Source: a virus (lineage: Duplodnaviria > Caudoviricetes). From it: a stretch of 25,047 bases of DNA. The DNA lies in the IMG/VR virus record IMGVR_UViG_3300020162_000027, positions 1 to 25,047 of that record. One strand, written 5' to 3'. The position numbers were made by a program, and so were the translations under genes. How positions within the stretch are numbered: the stretch's first letter is position 1; each line of letters opens with the position of its first letter. The notes under the pieces were generated by a model. It was not told where the DNA came from. It saw nothing but the letters and a program-made list of their open reading frames with translations, and ran no database searches. Positions 17,427-24,955 of this stretch are shown piece by piece.

Positions 17427-17779
17427 TTCTTTATCCTTTGTTTTTTCTCTTTTAGAGTTTTCTTGTCGTGGCATTCTTTACAGAGCACTTGCAAGTTATC
17501 TTTGGTACAATAAAGTCTTTCAATAAAATCATCCCAAGATGTAAACCCAACTTTAACATCAACCACTGGTTTAATATGATCAACTTGAACTTGTTTAGCA
17601 GGGTACTCTTTTTTACAAGACTTGCACTTATAGTGCATACCCATACGTTTAGTAAGTTCGTTAATCTTTTTACCAGTTTGTGCTTCTTTGAGCGTTTCGT
17701 ATTTAGGAGGCCAACGTCTGTACCCACCTCGCAACACGGACGTAATAAAACCTTTGATTCTGCCATCAGTCCACTCCAT
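17423..17779 (-). CDS. HNH endonuclease
   Basis: CKSC...QVDHIKP...NLQVLCKECHDKKT. Confidence 0.85.
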   Translation of the reverse strand: MEWTDGRIKGFITSVLRGGYRRWPPKYETLKEAQTGKKINELTKRMGMHYKCKSCKKEYPAKQVQVDHIKPVVDVKVGFTSWDDFIERLYCTKDNLQVLCKECHDKKTLKEKKQRIKK

Positions 17780-18105
17780 TATAATGTAGGTTCTTTCTTA
17801 TAAGTATCATCTATCTTAGGATTAGTAAGAAAGACATTAGCAGGGAATCTGCTTGTATCACCTTTGTACCATTGTATTACAACTTCGTCACCTTTGTGAG
17901 TATAACATGCTAGAAGACGTTCACCGTCAATCCTAGTAGCTACTGCAGTTAAAGGGTATAAACTTTTAAGTTCAGGTAAAACACAATCAATGTTTGAAAT
18001 AGTTATAATTACATTTTGATTGTACCTGTAATGTAAATATTTATAAGCTTCAGCAATTACATTTGTACTTAAGCATAGCCCAATAATTAACAATAGCTTT
18101 TTCAT
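17779..18105 (-). CDS. Putative secreted/periplasmic protein
   Basis: N-terminal signal peptide MKKLLLIIGLCLSTNVIA; two Cys in the mature part; GGAG RBS. Confidence 0.6.
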   Translation of the reverse strand: MKKLLLIIGLCLSTNVIAEAYKYLHYRYNQNVIITISNIDCVLPELKSLYPLTAVATRIDGERLLACYTHKGDEVVIQWYKGDTSRFPANVFLTNPKIDDTYKKEPTL

Positions 18106-18134
18106 TTTAGGTCTCCACGTGATGATAGTAGTAA

Positions 18135-18338
18135 TTACGGATACTTAACACGTTCGTCAAGCATTGCATTTGAGACCTTATAAGCTTGTTTAGCTAATTC
18201 TTTAGGGTCTTCCGACCACTGAGAATCAATCATTGCATGTAATGCTTCCATTGCAATGTAATCCCTAAGGTTCATACCAGTATAGATTTGTTTCTTGTTA
18301 TCTTGACATGGGAATGCTGGTGAGTTTCCGTTACTCAT
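18135..18338 (-). CDS. Conserved small phage protein with GM[TN]LRDY motif (start revised to MSNGNS)
   Basis: PAFP...GMNLRDYIAMEAL...AKQAYKVSNAML, a widespread family in proteobacterial phages; AAGGAG RBS before 18338. Confidence 0.7.
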   Translation of the reverse strand: MSNGNSPAFPCQDNKKQIYTGMNLRDYIAMEALHAMIDSQWSEDPKELAKQAYKVSNAMLDERVKYP

Positions 18339-18389
18339 GCTACTCTCCTTCATAAATTAAAATCATTAGAGCTACCCAGACGAGGATGA

Positions 18390-18584
18390 TCAATTTAATT
18401 GACCACCTTCCTCTTTAAATAAGTCTAACTCCTGTTCAACGGCATCTGTTGCAACTTCAAAGACACCTCTACGCACCAGTTCTTTGATAGCATAGTCCAT
18501 TAAGAAGGCAGCCTCCTTAGGGTCTACATGAAACTCAAAGTCTAATGACCCATCTTTATTCTGTACACAGTTTGATATAAGCAT
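18390..18584 (-). CDS. Hypothetical protein, 64 aa
   Basis: ORF in operon orientation, overlapping the end of the exonuclease gene; plausible composition. Confidence 0.65.
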   Translation of the reverse strand: MLISNCVQNKDGSLDFEFHVDPKEAAFLMDYAIKELVRRGVFEVATDAVEQELDLFKEEGGQLN

Positions 18585-19230
18585 CTAACCAGTTTTCCTT
18601 TCCTTTTTGTCTAATCCAAAGAACCTGAGCATTCATCTTAAACTCTTCATCGTTACTATAAGCATTCCTAACTGCGTCAAACAAATGTTGTTCTGTTTCA
18701 CATTCAGCTAAGATTTTATCTGCTTTCTTAGTACCAATCTTTTCTATGCCTTTAATGTTATCAGACCTATCACCCATAAGACATTGCTTATAAAAGTGTT
18801 TAAGTCCTTCAAACTCATTAACCTCACAGAATTCATTCTTAACAAAGTTAAAATGTTTACCAGGAATCATAAGAAGATCTTTATCTATAGAACAAATAAT
18901 AGTATCATCTGTTTGATTTAACCCAAGTGCATCGTCAGCTTCCATACCATCAATAACTTCTGCATTAAATGTTGCAATAAGATATTGACGAATAGGTTCT
19001 AACCAGAATGGTTTCTCTTTAGGACGGTGGGCTTTATACTCAGGGTATATACTATACCTAAAGTTATCTTTACCCGTTAAATAAAGATTATACTCAGAAG
19101 CTTCGGTACTAACTAGGATATGATCAACTAGATCTTCTGTCCTAGAGTACGCAAAGTCCTGAGCATCATCATCTTGTAGCGTACAAGCAACCCTATACGC
19201 TACTATATCAGCATCAATAAGTGCTTTCAT
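18556..19230 (-). CDS. 5'-3' exonuclease / flap endonuclease (T7 gp6-like)
   Basis: ALIDADIVAY, YKAHR, MEADD, SIDKDL, GDRSDNIKGI..IGTKKA (helix-3-turn-helix) motifs. Confidence 0.9.
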   Translation of the reverse strand: MKALIDADIVAYRVACTLQDDDAQDFAYSRTEDLVDHILVSTEASEYNLYLTGKDNFRYSIYPEYKAHRPKEKPFWLEPIRQYLIATFNAEVIDGMEADDALGLNQTDDTIICSIDKDLLMIPGKHFNFVKNEFCEVNEFEGLKHFYKQCLMGDRSDNIKGIEKIGTKKADKILAECETEQHLFDAVRNAYSNDEEFKMNAQVLWIRQKGKENWLDAYIKLCTE

Positions 19231-19757
19231 TAGACTGGGATGTCATCCTCTAAGTCATCAAAGTTTACTTCTTTAGTAGGATTTGGATCTTTACTAAATA
19301 CATAAGCTTCAAATTGTTTAGCTGTTGCAATAACTTCATCAACAGATTTACCCTGTCCTAGTAACTCTACTGCAGTTGATAGAGATGATTGACGAATAAT
19401 AAACACTTGTCGTGCAGCTCTTTCTTCTTTAGTTTCATAGTTACTTCCTGTTACTCTACCACCTGCTTGAGCAGTTGCTGGTTTACTTTGTGTAGCCACT
19501 GGTGCATCTCCTTCATTACCAATACCTGTCCAATCCCAAAACCCTTTGGCATTCTTAACAGTCGTTACATTAACAACCTCACCTTTAGCTAAACCTTTGA
19601 TATGATTAAATACCGATGGGTTACTAAAAGACATAAGCTTTTTATTAGCTACTTGACCATTTTCAGTCTTGTAAGTTATCTCAATCTCTTGGTAAGATCT
19701 ACCATTAGATGAAGCTTTAGTACTAGGTGTTCCAACATCAACAATATTAATTAACAT
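19230..19757 (-). CDS. Putative single-stranded DNA-binding protein
   Basis: Beta-rich OB-like N-terminus, flexible linker and acidic tail NFDDLEDDIPV; located between the polymerase and exonuclease genes. Confidence 0.6.
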   Translation of the reverse strand: MLINIVDVGTPSTKASSNGRSYQEIEITYKTENGQVANKKLMSFSNPSVFNHIKGLAKGEVVNVTTVKNAKGFWDWTGIGNEGDAPVATQSKPATAQAGGRVTGSNYETKEERAARQVFIIRQSSLSTAVELLGQGKSVDEVIATAKQFEAYVFSKDPNPTKEVNFDDLEDDIPV

Positions 19758-20466
19758 TTACTATCTCCATGTTACCCCAATTAGGTCCAACTTGACATTC
19801 GACCCTCATAGGAAGATTAAATTCAACCCCAAATAACTTCTTAAAGTTAAGAGGGATGTCCGTAAAACAGTCATCAACTAACTTAACTATACTATTATTA
19901 TCGCATAGTTTCTCATCAAAGTCAACTATAATCGAATCATGAACAGTGTTTATTAACTTAGTTCCTTCCACTTTCTTTAGTCTATTAGCTAGACTAACTC
20001 TTGCTATAGCCATCAAATCAGCACCGAGTCCTTGCACTGGATAGTTAAGGATTCGTGTGCGGGGCCATTTAGCTTTACCATATCTTATTTCTGGTTCATA
20101 ATGATATACCCTCCCTGTAGGCATAGTTATCTTTCTATCTCTTTTAGCTTTCTCAACAATCTCTTTGTGCCAGGTATCAAGGCCACTATACTTTTTATAA
20201 AACTCATCAATGATGTTTTGCCAGAACGTTTCTTGTTTACTGGTATCAGTGAAGTTAGGATCATTAGCATAACTATAAGCACTGCCACCATAGATGAGTC
20301 TGAAAACAAATGTCTTAGCAATGAGACGAGAAGGTAGACCGAACCTAACCTGATTATCCGTGTGCTGATCTGTCCCATCCCATATCTCCTTAATAGCAGT
20401 TTGATCTTGTGATAGATAAGCTGCACATACCCATTCTAGTGCTTTATCATCAGCTTGTAACAGCAT
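19747..20466 (-). CDS. DNA polymerase family A, C-terminal catalytic part (start revised to MLLQADD at 20466)
   Basis: Motif A LQADDKALE, motif B RLIAKTFVFRLIYG, LNYPVQGLGAD, motif C TVHDS. GGAG 5 nt upstream of the ATG. Confidence 0.88.
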   Translation of the reverse strand: MLLQADDKALEWVCAAYLSQDQTAIKEIWDGTDQHTDNQVRFGLPSRLIAKTFVFRLIYGGSAYSYANDPNFTDTSKQETFWQNIIDEFYKKYSGLDTWHKEIVEKAKRDRKITMPTGRVYHYEPEIRYGKAKWPRTRILNYPVQGLGADLMAIARVSLANRLKKVEGTKLINTVHDSIIVDFDEKLCDNNSIVKLVDDCFTDIPLNFKKLFGVEFNLPMRVECQVGPNWGNMEIVNVN

Positions 20467-21619
20467 ACCTACTCCCAAATAGTTGTTTAATTTCTCCATC
20501 AAAGTTTTGTAAGTTAGGTTTAGTTGACGATAGTCTACCTGTCTTAGCAACACATTGATTAAGAACACCGTGTAGTGTACCTTCTTTCCAGTTCATAGTC
20601 TTGCGTAGTTCTACTAATCCTTCATAGTATGAAGACAATCGTTTCTCTAATGTAGCTCTAGCTAAGATAAGTTCTATTAATTCTTTAGCTTTTTTACTAC
20701 CTTTAAGAGATCGTAATGTCTGTTCATCATTAGAAAAGAATCCTTCTTTCTCTAGTTCAGAACCCTTAAGAGGATTAATCATACGCTCAAACTCTATGAC
20801 GTACTCTTTCCATTGGCTTTTTGGTAAGCCCGCTCTAGTGCCTGTTTTAAAAGTACCAATAACTTCTTGACGTCTGACTTTAATAGATCCCCCATAGAGA
20901 AGAGCACTAATATGTTCAGAGCTATTAGCATTAAACTCAGGAAGGTTATGGTAAGTGTAAAGAATTGAATCAATACGTTCAATATCTTTTGTAGTTTCTT
21001 GCCCAAGCCTAACACACTCTGTTTCATTGAATTTAAGACCATTGTATTCCATCTCCTCTAATATTAATAAGTCTTGGTTATGTAAACTAAGAAGTCTTTG
21101 CATCTGTTTTGTACCAGCCGCAAATTCTTCCATCTGTTTCTCATACACTTTTTGCGTTAACTGCAAATCTTGTGTGAGGTATTCTTCTAACAAGTCTTTA
21201 GGTATCTTGTCAGTATCTATTCCGTTCTTCCAATAATCAGTAGCAATGATATCAAGTTTACTACCCAAAGCATAGCTGTCAGCAACGCCATTGAGACTTG
21301 GATAGGGATGTTGTTGGCCCGTAAGTATAAAATGAGCCAACTGACAATCCCAAATACGCTTATCCATAAAATTAATTCCATAGCGTCTTAACCAATGCAA
21401 GTCAAACTTAATGTTAAAGCCAACAAGAGTATCGTGACTGTCGATGCTTCTTTGTATAGCGTCAAGTCTTTCTCTGTTAGGACTTCCGCTATAATCAATA
21501 TCATATAGGTAAGTGCCATCAGTACTATAGAGTCCAACATAACAAAGTTTATTCCTTTCATCAAATGGATTGCCCTTATTACTTATGGTTGTCTCAACAT
21601 CTAATATTAAGCTGCGCAA
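20450..21619 (-). CDS. DNA polymerase family A, N-terminal part (3'-5' exonuclease plus thumb), TTG start
   Basis: ExoI LDVET, ExoII GFNIKFDL, ExoIII YLTQDL; FNANSSEH; ends shortly after KTGRLSSTKPNLQN. Confidence 0.88.
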   Translation of the reverse strand: MRSLILDVETTISNKGNPFDERNKLCYVGLYSTDGTYLYDIDYSGSPNRERLDAIQRSIDSHDTLVGFNIKFDLHWLRRYGINFMDKRIWDCQLAHFILTGQQHPYPSLNGVADSYALGSKLDIIATDYWKNGIDTDKIPKDLLEEYLTQDLQLTQKVYEKQMEEFAAGTKQMQRLLSLHNQDLLILEEMEYNGLKFNETECVRLGQETTKDIERIDSILYTYHNLPEFNANSSEHISALLYGGSIKVRRQEVIGTFKTGTRAGLPKSQWKEYVIEFERMINPLKGSELEKEGFFSNDEQTLRSLKGSKKAKELIELILARATLEKRLSSYYEGLVELRKTMNWKEGTLHGVLNQCVAKTGRLSSTKPNLQNFDGEIKQLFGSRYAVTS

Positions 21620-21765
21620 TCGCCAGTTCCTTGGTTAAGTGGGTAATATTTATTTACTGCTTCAAGCAGAGTTTCATTAGGACCCATTAGATCTATTATA
21701 TCATAGATGTCTGCTCTGTTTAAGTCAGGTCTAGCATTTAAAACTTCTGTAAAATCATTATCCAA
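21607..21765 (-). CDS. Hypothetical protein, 52 aa, TTG start (absent from ORF track)
   Basis: MDNDFTEVLNARPDLNRADIYDIIDLMGPNETLLEAVNKYYPLNQGTGDCAA; AAGGAG RBS; fills the helicase-polymerase gap. Confidence 0.65.
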   Translation of the reverse strand: MDNDFTEVLNARPDLNRADIYDIIDLMGPNETLLEAVNKYYPLNQGTGDCAA

Positions 21766-21783
21766 AATAGATACTCCTTTAAT

Positions 21784-23025
21784 TTAAATATCAATATATC
21801 TTGCAATGTCTGCTTTAATTAACACTTGTGTAGAACCATGTCTTAGGTCAGGTAAAGTATCTTTATCACCTACTAATTTATTCTTACAGATATTAAAATA
21901 TCTACTACGACTAAGGTTATCTTGTTCTTTACCTATCCCTAGGATCCAATCGGCTTCGCCCTGCTTAGCCGTTTTGGAGCCGTCGACTTGATCCATTGTT
22001 AGAAATAACTTGCCTTCCGCTTCGCCCGATGCTTGTGACACGGCAATGACAGGTGCGTAAGTTTTAGCAATCTCTCTAGCCCATTGATAAATTTGCTTAA
22101 GTTCAAGATCATTTCTTTCTCCTTTAAATCCACGGATCTTATCTATCTGGTCAAAGATAATAAGAGCTGGGTTATATTGTTTAAGTACTGCTTCAATGCG
22201 AGACTTGTTACTTGAATCTTCAAAGTCTAAGATATGAATACGATTACCTGTTAGTTTATTGTATCGTTCTTTGTTAGTACTTTTATCTTCAAACAACTCG
22301 TGTAATGTTAAACCAAGGGCTGCTTGGTAAACTCTGATGCCAACTTTCTTTCCTTGTTCTTCATTATTAAACCATAGTACGTCACCATCAGTTTGACCCA
22401 CCATGTGCGTAATTTCACTCGCAAGGAATGTAGTCTTACCTGTTTCGGGGCGAGCAAAGATAAAACCAAAGTCACCTTTACGCAAAGATCCAAGAGATTT
22501 ATTAAGCCAATCAATACGCCAACGTAGACCAGGGGTAGATATTTGTGTGTCATACAAGTTTTCCAAGTCCATATCCACTGGTGTAATTTCATCTGCTTCA
22601 ACCTCTTGATGTTCAAACTCATTAAATAAATTAAGAAGATCTTCAGTAGATTTCTTACCACCTTCTACATCTAAAGCCATCATAGCTACTTGTCCTGCTA
22701 GAGAACGTCTGCGATGTTCTTCTAGTAGTGACACAATAATACTTTTGTTAGTAGTATCTTGATTAAAGATGTCTTCAATAAGAAGACTTAACTCTTTACG
22801 TTCTTGATCACGCAATAAGTAATTACTATTATAGAATATTTCTAATTCATTATTAGTAATAGTAGTACTAGTATTATATTTACTATAGTATAATGATACT
22901 ATATTAAATAACTTATATATATCATTATAATTAATCTTTATATAATTAATGTTAACATACTTGTAATACTTTGTAAAGAGATTTACGTCTTCACAAAACA
23001 ATTTAATGATTTGTTTCTCTACCAT
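21784..23025 (-). CDS. Replicative DnaB/T7 gp4-like (SF4) helicase
   Basis: Walker A ARPETGKTT, FNNEE, Walker B IIFDQID, VIAVSQ, KQGEADWILG, KNK. AAGGAG RBS. Confidence 0.9.
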   Translation of the reverse strand: MVEKQIIKLFCEDVNLFTKYYKYVNINYIKINYNDIYKLFNIVSLYYSKYNTSTTITNNELEIFYNSNYLLRDQERKELSLLIEDIFNQDTTNKSIIVSLLEEHRRRSLAGQVAMMALDVEGGKKSTEDLLNLFNEFEHQEVEADEITPVDMDLENLYDTQISTPGLRWRIDWLNKSLGSLRKGDFGFIFARPETGKTTFLASEITHMVGQTDGDVLWFNNEEQGKKVGIRVYQAALGLTLHELFEDKSTNKERYNKLTGNRIHILDFEDSSNKSRIEAVLKQYNPALIIFDQIDKIRGFKGERNDLELKQIYQWAREIAKTYAPVIAVSQASGEAEGKLFLTMDQVDGSKTAKQGEADWILGIGKEQDNLSRSRYFNICKNKLVGDKDTLPDLRHGSTQVLIKADIARYIDI

Positions 23026-23036
23026 TTAACTCCTTT

Positions 23037-23267
23037 CTACAGGCCACAAAAGGCTTCTGTAAGTTTTTTACTATTATATTTATTTTCTTTATTGTAAGTC
23101 TTTCTTTCAGTTACATCCAGATACAAAGGCGTGAGCACAAAGTGATGCACGTCTTTGAGTCTGGTAATTTGTTGTAGATCTGCAGGAAGAAATGACCAAA
23201 GGTATTTAGCACGAAGTGCTCCAGTAGAATCGTATTCTTCATATAGCCAAGCGTCAGGTTGTTTCAT
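23037..23267 (-). CDS. Hypothetical protein, 76 aa
   Basis: ATGA coupling to the primase stop and AAGGA RBS; begins MKQPDAWLY. Confidence 0.7.
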   Translation of the reverse strand: MKQPDAWLYEEYDSTGALRAKYLWSFLPADLQQITRLKDVHHFVLTPLYLDVTERKTYNKENKYNSKKLTEAFCGL

Positions 23268-23956
23268 TGTTTATCCTTTATAATCAAATCAATATCGTGT
23301 GTACTATACTCTTTAGGATCTTTATCTGTAATAATAACATTTGCATCAATACCCTTTTGTTTTAAATTTCTAGACATTTTAACGGCATCAATTGCCTTAT
23401 CCCTATCCAACCATATCCAAACCTTTTTAAAACGTTCTAGGATAGTTTCTGTAAGTTTTAGAGGCATACTTGAACCTAGTAGAGGACACCCTGTGTAACT
23501 ATTGTTAGCTTTGCTAACTTTTATTGCTGATAAAACATCTTCTACTACAATTATTGTATCACTGTTACCATAGAATAGCAAGGGTTTGTTTCCTTTAGAC
23601 AAATACTTAGGCCCATCGTTAAAGTTTCTAGCTTGGTAATAGTGTGGTAAATATACAAGCACTAAAGCTTTTCTTGACGGACACCAAGTAATGTGGTAAG
23701 TCTCACAATCTTTACTTGTTATCTCGTATTGTAATAGCCATTGCATTGGTTCTTTAGGAATGTCAAGTACTAAATCTAAGTTTAAATCATTGGGACATTC
23801 TTCGTCGATTGTTACCAATCTTCTGCGAACTCCTTCGATTGTGTTCTTAGACTTCCAATACTTACATCCAAAACAAAACAAATGATCGTCATATTCTGCC
23901 AAGTTATCTTTGCTACCACAACTTGGACAAGGTATATGACCAATGAATTTACTCAT
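23264..23956 (-). CDS. DNA primase (zinc finger plus TOPRIM), T7 gp4 primase-like, stand-alone
   Basis: CPSC...CFGC zinc-binding domain; PKY; TOPRIM VVEDVLSA and WLDRD; KDPKE. Confidence 0.88.
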   Translation of the reverse strand: MSKFIGHIPCPSCGSKDNLAEYDDHLFCFGCKYWKSKNTIEGVRRRLVTIDEECPNDLNLDLVLDIPKEPMQWLLQYEITSKDCETYHITWCPSRKALVLVYLPHYYQARNFNDGPKYLSKGNKPLLFYGNSDTIIVVEDVLSAIKVSKANNSYTGCPLLGSSMPLKLTETILERFKKVWIWLDRDKAIDAVKMSRNLKQKGIDANVIITDKDPKEYSTHDIDLIIKDKQ

Positions 23957-23982
23957 GAATATCCTTAGTAGTTATTAACAGA

Positions 23983-24058
23983 TTGACACACGACATAATT
24001 GTAAAACTATAGTATAATATTATCATAGTATAAATTTATATACTATAACTAAAAGGAG
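23983..24058 (+). promoter_or_regulatory. Candidate promoter/operator region and RBS of pqqA (divergent from the primase gene)
   Basis: TTGACA 23983-23988; -10-like TATAGT 24008-24013 and TATAAT 24013-24018 (spacings 19 and 24, non-ideal); ATAGTATA repeats; AGGAG 24054-24058. Confidence 0.5.
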
Positions 24059-24065
24059 CTACACT

Positions 24066-24137
24066 ATGTGGACTAAACCAGCAGCGACAGAAATGCGTTT
24101 TGGCTTTGAAGTTACAATGTATGTAATGAATAAGTAA
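24066..24137 (+). CDS. pqqA: Pyrroloquinoline quinone precursor peptide PqqA (23 aa, absent from ORF track)
   Basis: MWTKPAATEMRFGFEVTMYVMNK: MWxKP start, RxGFE-VT-xY with the invariant E-x-x-x-Y (E15, Y19). AGGAG RBS 7 nt upstream; hairpin downstream. Confidence 0.96.
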   Translation: MWTKPAATEMRFGFEVTMYVMNK

Positions 24138-24154
24138 TTACATACCGTATGAAT

Positions 24155-24179
24155 GCAGGCACCCGTGGGGATGCCCTGC
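24155..24179. terminator. GC-rich hairpin between the convergent pqqA and 24183-24419 genes; putative terminator
   Basis: GCAGGCACCCGTGGGGATGCCCTGC can fold (GCAGG/CCTGC or GGCA/TGCC, with CCC/GGG). No long U tract on either strand. Confidence 0.5.
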
Positions 24180-24182
24180 GTT

Positions 24183-24419
24183 CTACGGCTTATAATTCTT
24201 AATCACTTCACCCGTGGACTTGTCAAGTTCATACTCAGCTAATTGTTTTTTATCATGATGATGTTGTACAATATCTGCAATGATTTCTACATTAGCTAAT
24301 TCTTCTTCAGTTAAAGTAATGCCTTGTTTTTTAAAGATACGATCCCAATTATCTTCACCTTCTTTAGATAGTCTTTTATTAATAAGTCTATCTCCAGTAA
24401 TATCATTCCTTGAAGCCAT
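24183..24419 (-). CDS. Hypothetical phage protein, 78 aa
   Basis: MASRNDITGD...DNWDRIF; AAGGAG RBS. Confidence 0.7.
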   Translation of the reverse strand: MASRNDITGDRLINKRLSKEGEDNWDRIFKKQGITLTEEELANVEIIADIVQHHHDKKQLAEYELDKSTGEVIKNYKP

Positions 24420-24624
24420 CTAGCAAGTCTCCTTGTAAATCATCAAGTTCTACCTCGTCTTCGACATCGTTAGTTTCCCTTAAGTCTTCTCGTTCGAGAG
24501 ACTCAATGTCATACTCAACATCATGAAAACAATGGTTACATAAGTCTACATAAGTGCCAGTCGTTGCCGACTTGCGTGTAGCCTCGAAATCATTTAACGC
24601 TTTGTTACAAGCTAAGCATCTCAC
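24403..24624 (-). CDS. Small zinc-finger protein, 73 aa
   Basis: CLAC...CNHC with an acidic tail; ATGA coupling; AAGGAG RBS. Confidence 0.7.
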   Translation of the reverse strand: MRCLACNKALNDFEATRKSATTGTYVDLCNHCFHDVEYDIESLEREDLRETNDVEDEVELDDLQGDLLDGFKE

Positions 24625-24953
24625 CCGTATACTCCTTTAAATTGAAACTCTTGTTTACGATATAGTTGTCTAATTTTATTACAAATGTCAGCATGTTTAC
24701 TAGTACTAAGTATTGATTTTAAATGTTCTCTAAGGTTTTCTTTAGTAAACACTTGATACTCGTCAAAGACTTGATTTACATGGATAGTTCTAGAAGCATC
24801 ATGTGCTTGCACATCTAACCAATCATCACCAGCATCTTCTACTTTATACCAAGCTAAACCATCAATAAACAAATCAATATCTTTGAATGTTACATGATTA
24901 AATTCTTCTTCAAGACCAAAGAATGTAACGAAATTACCTATTTCTACTGACAT
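24621..24953 (-). CDS. Hypothetical protein, 110 aa
   Basis: AGGAG RBS and a consensus promoter upstream; in operon orientation. Confidence 0.7.
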   Translation of the reverse strand: MSVEIGNFVTFFGLEEEFNHVTFKDIDLFIDGLAWYKVEDAGDDWLDVQAHDASRTIHVNQVFDEYQVFTKENLREHLKSILSTSKHADICNKIRQLYRKQEFQFKGVYG

Positions 24954-24955
24954 AA

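Noticed and set aside
17423-17779. HNH gene as an intron-encoded homing endonuclease explaining the split polymerase
   Set aside because: It lies about 2.7 kb from the split, is coupled to its neighbours, and there is no intervening sequence at the polymerase junction.
20467-20568. ORF-track N-terminal extension of the polymerase C-terminal gene
   Set aside because: Overlaps the conserved TGRLSS..PNLQN coding region in another frame; the RBS supports the ATG at 20466.
16698-23498. Antisense and off-frame ORFs inside the exonuclease, HNH, SSB, polymerase, helicase and primase genes
   Set aside because: All overlap motif-bearing genes. Unlike pqqA, none is intergenic or has an RBS plus a family signature.
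14325-24137. A complete phage PQQ or RiPP pathway (pqqA plus oxygenases plus proteases)
   Set aside because: No radical SAM PqqE, PqqD, PqqC or PqqB homologue in the window. The oxygenases are about 8 kb away on the other strand, and nothing links them to PqqA.
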